Sequence record: OQ938542.1
From: Escherichia phage vB_EcoP_PE007
DNA: 64,000 nucleotides
Strand: one strand, 5' to 3'
Part shown: positions 51,171 through 61,566 of the stretch, in pieces
Layout of the letters: each line of letters opens with the position of its first letter
Numbering within the stretch: the stretch's first letter is position 1
Made by a program: the position numbers and the translations under genes
The notes under the pieces: generated by a model
Databases searched by the model: none
The model's input: only the letters and a program-made list of their open reading frames with translations
What the model was told of the DNA's origin: nothing

Positions 51171-51698
51171 TTATTCCTGTTCAAAAAGTTTACGGTCAGC
51201 CTGGATCTGTTTACCCAACTCAATTAGTTGGCTGTCACGGAGTCTAACAGTTGCCCTGAGTTCTTCAACCAAACGTCTGCCTTCTTCAAGATTGTTGTCG
51301 AGTCTGGCTGCATGGCTTGCAAGACTTCTGCACTCAAAGGTTCCGGTTTCGGCTTGACGTTTATATACCGATGCTCGTCTTTCAGACTGTTGCATCCGGC
51401 TGTCATAATCACTGCTAACGCGAGCAAGCTCGCTTGCGTAATTACTCTCAGCCGTCTGCAACCGGGAAGTGAGTAACCCGACTTCATAACTATGGTTTCT
51501 TTGGAGAGCATTGTATTTGTCCTGTAATTTTTGTGTTGCCTTTTGGTCTTCAACCTTTTGGGCATCCCACTTCTTTTGAACAGTAGACTGTCCGTTGGAA
51601 TTACCCCAAAAGTAAATGGTGGCCCCGAGGACCACCACTAGAAGATAAGGCCAACCTTTAGAGATTAGCATCTTCATTACATGCCTCCAGTGGCACAT
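51171..51698 (-). CDS. i-spanin (Rz-like)
   Basis: N-terminal TM segment [22 protein letters not shown] followed by a charged coiled-coil-like region; contains an embedded lipoprotein ORF in another frame. Confidence 0.6.
   Translation of the reverse strand: MCHWRHVMKMLISKGWPYLLVVVLGATIYFWGNSNGQSTVQKKWDAQKVEDQKATQKLQDKYNALQRNHSYEVGLLTSRLQTAESNYASELARVSSDYDSRMQQSERRASVYKRQAETGTFECRSLASHAARLDNNLEEGRRLVEELRATVRLRDSQLIELGKQIQADRKLFEQE
51224..51565 (-). CDS. o-spanin (Rz1-like), embedded within the i-spanin gene
   Basis: Alternative frame wholly inside 51171-51698; signal peptide plus lipobox-like [12 protein letters not shown]; Pro-rich mature region; likely start at an internal ATG (51511 or 51487). 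Confidence 0.55.
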   Translation of the reverse strand: MPKRLKTKRQHKNYRTNTMLSKETIVMKSGYSLPGCRRLRVITQASLLALAVIMTAGCNSLKDEHRYINVKPKPEPLSAEVLQAMQPDSTTILKKADVWLKNSGQLLDSVTAN

Positions 51699-52293
51699 TG
51701 CCTATTCGGTTAGCTATCCAACCATACGTAAAGTCTGGCATGTTTAATGAGGTGTAGTGGTTCAGTTGTTTAGCATCTAGTAACTTAATCATTACCCGAC
51801 ATGCTGCAACTTTGCCTCGTTTTTTCTGTAATGCTTTATATGCATTAACAGTACTTACACCGACTTTACCATCAACCTGTATTTTAGGGTAGTCTTTGCC
51901 ATCACGGGACATTTCATTAAGAGATTGCTGTAACCACTTAGCCGGACGAGTTACACCAGTGTTAACACCGGCATCTACCAGCTTGTGTGTTACAGCAGGA
52001 GATATATCAGCGAAGGCTACGAAGTTAGGCTTAAGTACGTAGTCATCGATGTATATCTCAGCAGCCATCTCTTTAGATAAACCCTTCATAGAACCATCCC
52101 AGCCGTACTCAGTAGCCAGAACTTCTTTATGGGATTTAGCTACAGATTGGGTAATTCCATGATTAGTTTCCCCACCTGGGTCACGAGGATTATTTACATA
52201 ACCCCCTTCCATATAAAACACTGCCCCCAGGATAGCAGCGACAACTCCTCCCACTGCACCACCTTTCGCAGCAAGTTTCTGTTTAGCTTTCAT
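51658..52293 (-). CDS. N-acetylmuramidase endolysin (GH108-like) with N-terminal signal-anchor
   Basis: EGGYVNNPRDPGGETNHGIT signature; N-terminal hydrophobic Gly/Ala-rich segment GGAVGGVVAAILGAVFY suggests SAR-type export. Confidence 0.75.
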   Translation of the reverse strand: MKAKQKLAAKGGAVGGVVAAILGAVFYMEGGYVNNPRDPGGETNHGITQSVAKSHKEVLATEYGWDGSMKGLSKEMAAEIYIDDYVLKPNFVAFADISPAVTHKLVDAGVNTGVTRPAKWLQQSLNEMSRDGKDYPKIQVDGKVGVSTVNAYKALQKKRGKVAACRVMIKLLDAKQLNHYTSLNMPDFTYGWIANRIGNVPLEACNEDANL

Positions 52294-52543
52294 GTGAATC
52301 TTCCTTTGGTCGGAATCGTATTAATCTGCCTATGATGTTTAAGGCAAACAGTGCGATTACAATATTGGAGCCATGGGGAATATCTTCCAGGATGTGACGA
52401 GGTAATCCTGTCAGCATTGGTTGAATGATATCTATGGCAGAAAACATAATTAACCCGAGCGTACTAATCTGGATGGATGCCCACTTCCAGCATCTTTTCC
52501 AGTTAGGTACTAGCTCTACCTTTCTTTTTAGCCTGCGAACCAT
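52283..52543 (-). CDS. holin candidate (two TM segments)
   Basis: ATG 52543 with gggaga RBS (track start 52609 is GTG); two hydrophobic segments; adjacent to endolysin. Confidence 0.5.
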   Translation of the reverse strand: MVRRLKRKVELVPNWKRCWKWASIQISTLGLIMFSAIDIIQPMLTGLPRHILEDIPHGSNIVIALFALNIIGRLIRFRPKEDSHES

Positions 52544-52857
52544 GCGAATATCTCCCGTCTTGCAGCAGCCAATACACCAATAATTGCACCTGCCCCAGCC
52601 CACACCCACTTACCAAAAATTCCAGCACCAACAACTTTATGCTTAATGGTGATGAACTCTTCAATAGTAGGTTCATTCTTAGCTAAGCTATCCTCCACAT
52701 TCTTTAGTCTATTGCCTATGTCATTTATTGAATCCCGTAGTTCTACCAGAGTTTCCTCCAGTTTCTCACGGTCCTGCCTGTCCCTTGTCTGGTTCTCAAA
52801 CAGAGTCTTCAATCGTTCCTCCAGTCTGACTAGAAGCAGTTCGCCTGATTCGTTCAT
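52528..52857 (-). CDS. lysis-cassette membrane protein (holin/antiholin candidate)
   Basis: Charged coiled-coil-like N-terminus and C-terminal TM GAGIFGKWVWAGAGAIIGVLAAA; first gene of the lysis cluster. Confidence 0.45.
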   Translation of the reverse strand: MNESGELLLVRLEERLKTLFENQTRDRQDREKLEETLVELRDSINDIGNRLKNVEDSLAKNEPTIEEFITIKHKVVGAGIFGKWVWAGAGAIIGVLAAARREIFAWFAG

Positions 52858-53077
52858 AGTATTACCGTAGTTGTGTAGTTAGAATCCCCAATAGGGTCGT
52901 ATCATAAGATGACTCTTAGATAATACTTAGTATGATGGGGTACATCCAGACATAGTGTCTGGTAGCAACCCATGGTGGATGGTATTTAGTTAGGTATGTT
53001 TAACATATCCGGGCAAGTAATTACCCTAACAGCAGTATCGGTTAGGGTAATGCAAACAGTAAACTCTATATGAGAAA

Positions 53078-53094
53078 AGGCCCAAACTGGGCCT
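53078..53094 (-). terminator. terminator after tail fibre gene
   Basis: aggccc-aaact-gggcct directly after the stop at 53104; T-rich on the minus strand. Confidence 0.5.
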
Positions 53095-53103
53095 TAGTTT
53101 TAA

Positions 53104-55218
53104 TTAAATCAATCCATAAACTGCATTGTGTATTACGACACCCCCAACAACTGAAGAAACATTAAAATTAATTTCAGCTTTGTAGGCTCCTTGTGGAACG
53201 CAATCCACCAAAGCATAAAAGTTGAACGTGTTTACCACTGGGATGATATATCCTATGGAATCCGCAACAGTATTTCCTTGCTGGTCCAGGAATCTAATTG
53301 ACGCCAGGGTGGTTGTTGTATTTTTAGCCCAAAAACCAAGCTGAAAATAACGACCCGGTTCACAATCAATGATTGTTTGGGTGAAGTTAGCTGCTGCATC
53401 TGCTGATGGTACAGATAAAACAAAAGAAGTTGTAAACATTAAATTGTTAGGAACATCGTTTGCTGTAGTAGCAGTGACAACGCCTGTTCCAGTTTGCGAG
53501 AGTGTCCAGTTAGATGTGTTTTCAAACTGTCCTGAGCCATTGCTAATGCTATTAATATAAGGGCTTACAATGCTTCCTAGATTCCAGTTAGTTGTAATAA
53601 ACCCTGCACGAGGGAAGCACCCTCTGGACATTACTTTTTTGCTAGCGCCACCTATCAACTGTCTTGTAGCAAATCCAGTAGCAATCGTTGTGTTACCGTA
53701 GAGGGGCAATGAGCAGTTATTTAAACTAACTACCCCGTCACCATTACTAACAATAGGCACTGTACTGTAGCCTTCCGGAAGCAGAATAGTAGAATCTTTA
53801 ATACTGAGGCGTGAGCTTCCACTCACAGTAAAGCCTACAAAACTCTGCCCAGGTTGATACTCAATATTACCGTTAGCAAATACTAAGGTAGCATTACCAC
53901 TTAATGCCACTACTGGATCGAAGTAGCCTGCCTTTTTACCTGCTGGTAATGAGCATGAATCAAAGATGAACTGCCCATTCTCAAATGTAAATGGACCCCC
54001 ATTATCAACCATCCAGCAGTGGTTGAATTTTATAACCTCACCAGCATTAGCCGGGGAATTAAAGATTACAGAGTTAGTAAAACTGCGAGAAATGGTGCAC
54101 TTATCAAACAGGATACGGTATGCATTATCTTTAAACTCAATACCTGCGGTAGATATAAACCCGCAGTTAGATATACGTAATTCTGCTATCTCCCCTCCAG
54201 TACTACTGCCCAAGCACATCTTTCGAGTACCTTTACCTACAAAGGAAATACCTGTTAATAGGGCAGTAGCATTAATGGCATCACGGGCTGTGTAATCTGT
54301 ATTAGAATTGATTACGGTTAAGTAATACTCTCCTGTTACACCTTCCACTTCCGTAAGGGTACACTTATTGGCTCCTACTAAAGCCCCCTTAGATACATCC
54401 AGTACGATAGGTGTACTAATAGTCCCTGATGTAGGTACAAGACAATCGTAACCGGCAGAGTTTACCTTGTTAATGAACGGAGCAATGTCCCCAGTACCAG
54501 TATAGCCTGCATCGTATACCGTAGCAGTACCTTCAAAGAACTTACGCTTCCAGACCACACCTGCACCGGTGAAAGTTACAACTTCATCTACAGGAGTAGT
54601 ATTAGGAACCGCAATCATAATACCCCCACCAACGGAAGAACCTGAGTATGAATCTAGCATTACACTAGACCCTACTGTTGCTCCGACAGAGGCCAGGGCA
54701 GTTACGTCGGGTACACTACCAATTAAAGTCATACCATCCTGAGATGCCAACTGAGCACGCAAATTAGGATCCGTTTGGGACTTCCAATCCGTGTTGCCAA
54801 CAGGGTTGGCCCCTTCAACAATAGTTACGGGTAGAGAACCTAAGTAGGTATAACCAATACCATTATGCATCAAAAGCTCATTTCGAGTATTTACTACTAA
54901 GCCCGTAGTAAATGAATCAGATAAGCATACAAACTCTCTACGTGCAGCAGCCAGTTCGCCTAAATCAATAGTACCAGCTGAATGAACCAGGACTGCGTGT
55001 TCGTTAAGACTAACAGCAGTAGTTCCTACCGGAAGTACAGGTAATGAGTAAGCACGTTGGGTAGCCTTATCATAAATTACTTTGTATCCACCCAAGTCCA
55101 CACCTACAGAAAAATAAACCACCTCATTCTGCTTAACACCAAACTTACGGGCAATGGCTTGCTTATTGGTAAGAATACCAGTGGAGCCTTTACCACCTTG
55201 GGAGAACATCTCGTTCAT
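53104..55218 (-). CDS. tail fibre / tailspike protein
   Basis: 704 aa, Gly/Thr/Ser/Asn-rich beta-rich composition, adjacent to the second spike gene, followed by terminator. Confidence 0.5.
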   Translation of the reverse strand: MNEMFSQGGKGSTGILTNKQAIARKFGVKQNEVVYFSVGVDLGGYKVIYDKATQRAYSLPVLPVGTTAVSLNEHAVLVHSAGTIDLGELAAARREFVCLSDSFTTGLVVNTRNELLMHNGIGYTYLGSLPVTIVEGANPVGNTDWKSQTDPNLRAQLASQDGMTLIGSVPDVTALASVGATVGSSVMLDSYSGSSVGGGIMIAVPNTTPVDEVVTFTGAGVVWKRKFFEGTATVYDAGYTGTGDIAPFINKVNSAGYDCLVPTSGTISTPIVLDVSKGALVGANKCTLTEVEGVTGEYYLTVINSNTDYTARDAINATALLTGISFVGKGTRKMCLGSSTGGEIAELRISNCGFISTAGIEFKDNAYRILFDKCTISRSFTNSVIFNSPANAGEVIKFNHCWMVDNGGPFTFENGQFIFDSCSLPAGKKAGYFDPVVALSGNATLVFANGNIEYQPGQSFVGFTVSGSSRLSIKDSTILLPEGYSTVPIVSNGDGVVSLNNCSLPLYGNTTIATGFATRQLIGGASKKVMSRGCFPRAGFITTNWNLGSIVSPYINSISNGSGQFENTSNWTLSQTGTGVVTATTANDVPNNLMFTTSFVLSVPSADAAANFTQTIIDCEPGRYFQLGFWAKNTTTTLASIRFLDQQGNTVADSIGYIIPVVNTFNFYALVDCVPQGAYKAEINFNVSSVVGGVVIHNAVYGLI

Positions 55219-55269
55219 AACGACCTCTTTGTTTTTCTAGTAAACCCCTCCGAAGAGAGGGGTATAGAT

Positions 55270-58125
55270 TTAACTAATTTGGTACATAGTTGCTGTACCA
55301 TCATCAATGCATCGCCACAGGGTATGATGATACTGCGGTATAGTGAAGTCCACAGAACCCTTAGGAATAATATTGTTTGCTGCATATTTAACAACACCGT
55401 CTGTGGTATTAGATGCAATCATCAAATCTCTTCCGTAAGGTGCTCCATAGATATGGAATATATTAACAGCAGCACCGGTAATGCGTAGGTTAGCAGCCGG
55501 ATGTATTTTAGTAAGGTCAATATCACCAGAATCAGTAACATCAACAAAGAATGGTTTACCCCCATCATACCCATTCATAGTAAGACCTGAATCGGCATAG
55601 ATGTTAATACGAGCATCAATAGGCAACTCATTGCCAGAGCAGTGTGCACCACCAACAAGTAAACCACCTTCAGTACGACGTCCATTAGAGTCTGATTCGT
55701 AGAAACCAAATTTAGTATTGTTAATGTTGCCACTAACTACCTTAATTCCACACAGGCTTACTGAGTCAGCAGTGGCATCAATGCCGTAACTACAGTTGAC
55801 TACCTTACCATTTCCAACAAACAATCCATAATCTGATGGGTCACATCTAATGAACTTAACCCCATTAAAGTCAATATCTGTACCTGACAGATAAGCTGGT
55901 TTAATAGTACCCTCTGGAGCCATAAAGGTATCGCCAGTAAAGCTAATTACACTACCAGAACCAGTAATGAAATAGGGCACATTCTTACGAGGTACAGATA
56001 ACTTCGTAGCAAGATATCCAACATCTGTTGGAATAAATACGTTATTACAGAAAAAGACTCTGTAACTAGTACCTAAATCAATAGGAGCTTTAACATATGC
56101 AAAACGGTCATCAAGAGTAGAACCTGTACTAACTGGTTGAGCTACCTCAAAGTGGCAATGATTAAAGAACACAAACCATGGGTTACCGAATTTAATCATG
56201 TAAGGGGTAAGCTCAAAATGACAACCAGTGAAGTATACGTAGTTACTTTCCTGAATCATGGTCACAGCAGGTTTATCAACGCTACCACTTTGCAAGAATG
56301 AGCAATTGGTAAAGTATGTATCCTGAATATACCCAATTTCCAATGCTTGGTTCGGGAAGAACTGGATATTAATACCTTCAACTATACCCATCCAACCTAT
56401 GGCATTAAGATACAATCCTACATCACACTGACCATCTACACCCCAGATAGCAAAGTCACGTAAAGTCATACCAAAGCAATAAGCACTACCCGAATCTACG
56501 GATAGCATACGACCAGTAGCAACATGCGAATTAAATACAGTACCTCGCACAGGTGATGGTGAATGCATATTAGTATCTACAGTACGTAGACCTTGAGCGC
56601 CTTCCCCATACATACAGAGTGCATAATCAGCCACCAACGGACTATTGATAGCGTATTTACCGGATGGAGCAAATACAGCATACCCGACCTTGGCTGCATT
56701 AATTGCTGCTTGCGTACCTGCATAGTCCTGGCTTTGTGACAGGCTAGTCACAAAAGGATAAACCATCTGAGCAGCGGTGAGTGTACTAAACTTCTCACTC
56801 AGTGGATGTAGCTGTCCATCCCCAATTGCACCAAAATCTTTGATATTGATAGTGTCAGCTAACTTCAACTGAAGACTACGTTCAATAGAAGCTGCCATTG
56901 GGGACTTGTGCCCAATTCTGGAAGTACCTTGCTCAGATGCAAGAGAATCCTGGTACTGTTTGAGTGCAGTAAGTGCAGGATATGGTGCAGCAAGTAAATC
57001 CACTTCAATGTTACCTGGTGCGTAAACAAGTTTACCAGCAGCAACACTCACGATGTAAACGTTAGATGGTAATGCAGGTAATCCGTAGGAAGTCTGCTCT
57101 GCTACCGAATAAACAACCTTCTTGCCATTCAGAGTCTGAGTAGTATCAGTACTCAGGATTACATCTGAGTCTTTTACATTAAGGGTACGAGCAACTTCCT
57201 GAAGAGTATGGTCTGATGTTTCCAGTACCTGCGTCTCTCCACCAATCTGTACAATCAGACGGTCATTGGTTGTCAGTGGTTCAGTAAGAAGTATACGTTG
57301 GTTATCCGGGTCAGCAGTATAGGACTCAGTAGTTAATCCTTTATACAAACGAAGTCCATTCTTATACACGGCAGGAATAGACTGGAAGGTATAAGGAATA
57401 GCAATAACCTGCTCACCACCTACAGCAGCACCATTGTTGTATAACCAGTTAATCTGAACCCAGTCATTAACATTGGGGTTGTCCGGTACAGCAGGAACCC
57501 CAGTCAGAAGGAATACTACTTCATCACCCTCTTCCAGAGGCTGAGCCAGAGTTACGGACAGGTTATCTGCGTTAAACTCAAAGCCTCGCCCTACATACTG
57601 CATGTCACCATTAATAATGATAAAAGGTACACCCACAGTACCGTCAGGTACGTTAATTGTGGTTTCACCACCAGTAGCGGAACCATTGCTGTATACCCAA
57701 GGAATATAAGCACCTTCACTGGAAGAAGTACCACCACCACCAGTAGAGCCAGAAGTAGCAACAGTAATCCATGAACCGGTTGCAGTAGTGTCATCGGGTA
57801 AAATACCTGTACGGTCACCCTCTACGTATAAGTAGTCAGTTACCTGATGGTCACCTGTACGAGAGAAGCCGTAGATACGTGCATACTTAGCTTTAGTAGT
57901 TAATGCTTTAAGTTCTGCTTCAGACTGTACACCAAGTACCATTCCATACTGGTTAAGGAAGTCATAAATGAGTTTAAGATTACCCAAGTTACAGTAGACA
58001 GTTCGAACCACATGGTAAGCATTACCAAGTAATGCATCTACCATTGGGTCATTGGAACTGTTTTGGCAGTAAGGATTGGTCCAATCCTGCTTTGCATCAA
58101 AGGGGGTATGTGCGTTCATCGCCAT
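55270..58125 (-). CDS. tailspike with pectate-lyase-like beta-helix domain
   Basis: DFGAIGDGQ motif typical of the pectate lyase superfamily; N-terminal tandem duplicated ~85-aa domains. Confidence 0.6.
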   Translation of the reverse strand: MAMNAHTPFDAKQDWTNPYCQNSSNDPMVDALLGNAYHVVRTVYCNLGNLKLIYDFLNQYGMVLGVQSEAELKALTTKAKYARIYGFSRTGDHQVTDYLYVEGDRTGILPDDTTATGSWITVATSGSTGGGGTSSSEGAYIPWVYSNGSATGGETTINVPDGTVGVPFIIINGDMQYVGRGFEFNADNLSVTLAQPLEEGDEVVFLLTGVPAVPDNPNVNDWVQINWLYNNGAAVGGEQVIAIPYTFQSIPAVYKNGLRLYKGLTTESYTADPDNQRILLTEPLTTNDRLIVQIGGETQVLETSDHTLQEVARTLNVKDSDVILSTDTTQTLNGKKVVYSVAEQTSYGLPALPSNVYIVSVAAGKLVYAPGNIEVDLLAAPYPALTALKQYQDSLASEQGTSRIGHKSPMAASIERSLQLKLADTINIKDFGAIGDGQLHPLSEKFSTLTAAQMVYPFVTSLSQSQDYAGTQAAINAAKVGYAVFAPSGKYAINSPLVADYALCMYGEGAQGLRTVDTNMHSPSPVRGTVFNSHVATGRMLSVDSGSAYCFGMTLRDFAIWGVDGQCDVGLYLNAIGWMGIVEGINIQFFPNQALEIGYIQDTYFTNCSFLQSGSVDKPAVTMIQESNYVYFTGCHFELTPYMIKFGNPWFVFFNHCHFEVAQPVSTGSTLDDRFAYVKAPIDLGTSYRVFFCNNVFIPTDVGYLATKLSVPRKNVPYFITGSGSVISFTGDTFMAPEGTIKPAYLSGTDIDFNGVKFIRCDPSDYGLFVGNGKVVNCSYGIDATADSVSLCGIKVVSGNINNTKFGFYESDSNGRRTEGGLLVGGAHCSGNELPIDARINIYADSGLTMNGYDGGKPFFVDVTDSGDIDLTKIHPAANLRITGAAVNIFHIYGAPYGRDLMIASNTTDGVVKYAANNIIPKGSVDFTIPQYHHTLWRCIDDGTATMYQIS

Positions 58126-58826
58126 CCTCGTTGTTCAAATTTAGTTTCGGTAATTGAAATACTTCCATTAGCCAGGTCGTAATCAACAACCTCACCACAG
58201 ATGCTTTCATACGTTTGCAGATACTCTGCTGCCTTAGCGTTAGCTTCCGGAGTATTCAAACCAGTGTGGTAACGATAACCCACCCAGTTATGAAGTGCTG
58301 TCATTAGTGTGTCTGCTAAGTCAACTTCCTGTTCTTCATCACCCGTGAGTACTGGGTGCTTAGCTTGATAAGTTACGTTAAGTGCCTCGAAGTGTCGAGG
58401 TCGCATACACTGAATAGTATCAGGCCGAGGAGTGAAGATTGCATGGGGGTCTGAATCGTCGTTAAGTCTACGTCGATTCCCTGAGTTATCAAACACATTT
58501 AAAATTTTAATAACATCATCCTGGAAAGGTTTCATGAACCCATCCATGATGTATGGATATTGAATCTCAAGCGTAGGCTTAGTAAATCTGGAGTAAGCAT
58601 ATCTGGATTGAAGAGGATAATCAGTACGACCTTCCTTCATCTCCACAATGCAGCTATTAGTCCTCAAAGGAAAACGACTATGTAATCGTACCAGCCCCTC
58701 ATTAATAGCAGCCAGTATCTCAGGCTTACTATCTGGTTCAATACCCAATCTGTCATCCGTGACTGCACCAGTACCCTTCAAGGTACTTAATGCCAAGCCA
58801 CGGTATACTTCCGATAATTTCTGCAT
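58116..58826 (-). CDS. hypothetical virion/packaging-module protein (gp67-like position)
   Basis: ATG 58826; between terminase large subunit and tailspike. Confidence 0.45.
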   Translation of the reverse strand: MQKLSEVYRGLALSTLKGTGAVTDDRLGIEPDSKPEILAAINEGLVRLHSRFPLRTNSCIVEMKEGRTDYPLQSRYAYSRFTKPTLEIQYPYIMDGFMKPFQDDVIKILNVFDNSGNRRRLNDDSDPHAIFTPRPDTIQCMRPRHFEALNVTYQAKHPVLTGDEEQEVDLADTLMTALHNWVGYRYHTGLNTPEANAKAAEYLQTYESICGEVVDYDLANGSISITETKFEQRGWR

Positions 58827-58832
58827 GGTTCC

Positions 58833-60422
58833 TCACACAATGTATGAACGTAGTGGGTTAACACTATCTTCTTCTTCATCATCCCACATAGGGTCACCCT
58901 TGTTATCCACCATAGTCATACCTGCCTGTGGTTTCCAAGGATTGAGATAACCCAGCATGGAGATAGTATCAATACAGTCATCCTTACCTTTGATTCCATT
59001 AATGGTAGCTAGTTTAATCTGGCCCATGAACAGACCCATAATAGTTGAATCTCTCAACTCTTCCGGGAAGTACATCTTACCAGCTTTGAACCATGGAACT
59101 ACCAGGTTAAATCGTGACAGCTTAGAGGTTACAGGACGTATACCCGGCTTACCACCTTCAGAAGATGCAAAGTTAAAGAAGACATTACGGTTAATCATTT
59201 CTTTCTGAAGGAGCGAAATGAATCCACCTTGCTGCCCTGTGATTTCGACACCAACGTTTTGTGGTTGGTATTCTTGAACCAGACGGAACAGGTCATCAAA
59301 GTTTTTATCCATAAGCTGACGATTAGCCACACCATCAACCCAGAACCAATCTCCATTAGAACTATAAGCCCAAACTGATATGACACTATAGTCACTGGTC
59401 TGTTTCTCCGATGTAGCAAAGTCAGTTGTAATATAATAGTTGTAGCAGGACTTCATCCTTAATAGTTGCTGTCTGCTATACCATCTAATTTCACTATCCT
59501 GAACCAGTCTCTCATCTTCAGAGCTAATACGGAGCATAAGTTCCTGATAGAAGCCTGCCAGCTTACCCGTCTTAACTGCCATGTCATATTGGGCTTTGAT
59601 GTAGTCGTAGGAGAAACGGTCATCCCATGCACCTTGAAATTCTTCCCTACTACAAGGGAACTTCTCACACACAGGCCATACGTTGACATCCCATGCACCA
59701 GACTCTACTGCTTCAATGATAATATCTTCCTTATTAAAGGGAGTACCATTGAAGATTACTTTACGACGTGTAGGGTCAAGAGCATGGTTCACACCTTTAT
59801 AAACGGTGTCTTTAATAGCTTCCATGCTAGTCTTGGAGTTAGCATCACCATCACTAATCAAGTCATCTAGTACACAGAGTGTTGGACGCTTACCATATAT
59901 CTTCGTACCACGAAGACCTGTCTTAGCACCAAACAGCTTAACACCAAGACGATGCCCTTCTACATTACGGAACTCCAGAAGGTTATCCGTAAAGGTAGCT
60001 TCTGGTATCCATTGCTGGAGGAACTCACTATTTTTGTAACGGAACTCAATATTCTTACGTGCAGACTTAGCACCGTTATCCATTGAGTCAGATACGTAAA
60101 TCATTCCTTCTACTTTACCCAGACTAGGTAAGTGACCAAACACTGCCAGGAACAAAGTAAAGTATTCCATGAACACAGCAGTCTTACCTGCACCACGGAA
60201 GCACAGGTTAACTACATACTGGTTCGGGCTAATCATCTTATCCAGCATCTTCAAGTGAACTGGGGGTGTTTTGTTGGATTCACCTTCTTTGCCATTAACC
60301 AACTTAATAAAGTTGGCAAAGGTAAGAGCAAACTGACTGGGAACATAGTTGGAAGAGTTTAGGTGGGAGTAATCCACCTGGTCTAGCCATTCATCCAGTT
60401 CCTGTTTAATTAACTCAGACAT
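58833..60422 (-). CDS. terminase large subunit
   Basis: Walker A-like CFRGAGKT, Asp-rich nuclease region CVLDDLISDGD; ATG 60422 with gagga RBS (track start 60443 is GTG). Confidence 0.75.
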   Translation of the reverse strand: MSELIKQELDEWLDQVDYSHLNSSNYVPSQFALTFANFIKLVNGKEGESNKTPPVHLKMLDKMISPNQYVVNLCFRGAGKTAVFMEYFTLFLAVFGHLPSLGKVEGMIYVSDSMDNGAKSARKNIEFRYKNSEFLQQWIPEATFTDNLLEFRNVEGHRLGVKLFGAKTGLRGTKIYGKRPTLCVLDDLISDGDANSKTSMEAIKDTVYKGVNHALDPTRRKVIFNGTPFNKEDIIIEAVESGAWDVNVWPVCEKFPCSREEFQGAWDDRFSYDYIKAQYDMAVKTGKLAGFYQELMLRISSEDERLVQDSEIRWYSRQQLLRMKSCYNYYITTDFATSEKQTSDYSVISVWAYSSNGDWFWVDGVANRQLMDKNFDDLFRLVQEYQPQNVGVEITGQQGGFISLLQKEMINRNVFFNFASSEGGKPGIRPVTSKLSRFNLVVPWFKAGKMYFPEELRDSTIMGLFMGQIKLATINGIKGKDDCIDTISMLGYLNPWKPQAGMTMVDNKGDPMWDDEEEDSVNPLRSYIV

Positions 60423-61104
60423 CTGTAATGTCCTCATCTGCACGTACTAGTTTAGAACCAGCAACCTCTTTGGTGGGTACACCACTATTGATTGCATTAA
60501 TTTGCTGCTCAGCCAATGCAGCAAGTGTTGCCTTGAGGTCAGTTAATCCGGAGTTCTCTCTCAAGTCCAGATTGATATTCGTTACCTGATCTTTCGGTTT
60601 AGCTAAGTGAGTAAGGATAGAGTTAGCTGCATCACATCTTACCTTCTCACTTGCTGCTGTAGTCATCAGTTCGACCTGAACGTTGATTGCCTTCTGATAG
60701 TTGTCCTGGTTCACAATCCACACTGGAACCAAACTTTGTTCCATGATGAGGTTAACTAACTTACCTCTGTGATATGCAGATACATAAGCACTAATATCTT
60801 TCTCGCTGGTTCCTCGTGCAACAAGTTCTGCTTGTCGGTTAGGGAATGTCTTGAAGTAGGCTTCCTTATTGGAATAACCCATGTGTTTATAAGTCACATA
60901 CTGAACTGCATTCATGTAGTCCTGTGTCTTAAACTTACCTTCCTTCATTACACCAGAGTAGGAGATAAAGTTTTCACGGAAGGACTCAGCAACCAGTTGG
61001 TCTTGGGTTATGTTGTTGATCGTGTCTACCAACTCCTGGGTCACACTGTTTTTGAAGTTAGCAGGTAAGGCATTAACAATCTGCTGCTTAGTTAGTTCAC
61101 TCAT
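60415..61104 (-). CDS. putative terminase small subunit (gp69-like position)
   Basis: First gene of the leftward late operon, directly upstream of the large terminase; by position only. Confidence 0.35.
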   Translation of the reverse strand: MSELTKQQIVNALPANFKNSVTQELVDTINNITQDQLVAESFRENFISYSGVMKEGKFKTQDYMNAVQYVTYKHMGYSNKEAYFKTFPNRQAELVARGTSEKDISAYVSAYHRGKLVNLIMEQSLVPVWIVNQDNYQKAINVQVELMTTAASEKVRCDAANSILTHLAKPKDQVTNINLDLRENSGLTDLKATLAALAEQQINAINSGVPTKEVAGSKLVRADEDITDV

Positions 61105-61166
61105 ACTTATCTCGCTACAAAGTTATGTCTATTAAAGAAGATTCTTTTCTTGGGGTGAGTTACCCC

Positions 61167-61195
61167 TTGAAGAAACGATACCATACAGTTACACT
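61167..61195 (+). promoter_or_regulatory. candidate sigma70-like promoter for the right-end array
   Basis: TTGAAG, 17-bp spacer, TACACT in the divergent intergenic region; weak match. Confidence 0.2.
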
Positions 61196-61275
61196 TTAGT
61201 CATGATATAGAAAAAGTTCATGATACTAAATAGTATGTAATGTTCCGATGACCCTATTCCCAAAAGGAGTAACCT

Positions 61276-61566
61276 TTGAGAATCTATATGAGAGTCCAAG
61301 ACTCTAAAGATGAATACAAAGAGCTAGACCACACCAAGGCTGGTATTCTTTCAGATGATATCATCATTACACATGATGAAGACACCTACCATGAATTAGC
61401 TGGGATGATGTTGTTAGAGAATCGTCCGGGCATTAAGATCTTAGAACCAAGAGAAACTTACTCTTTAGAAAAGAGACTTTCAGCTCTTGTGTTCTTCACA
61501 AAATTACCTCATAGTGTCTCCGTCAGGCGAAGCAAAGACAGTGTTCGGATGACGGTGACGATGTGA
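61276..61566 (+). CDS. paralog-family small protein 1
   Basis: TTG start with aaggag RBS 6 nt upstream; motif IIITHDEDTYHELAGMMLLEN shared with downstream genes. Confidence 0.5.
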   Translation: MRIYMRVQDSKDEYKELDHTKAGILSDDIIITHDEDTYHELAGMMLLENRPGIKILEPRETYSLEKRLSALVFFTKLPHSVSVRRSKDSVRMTVTM

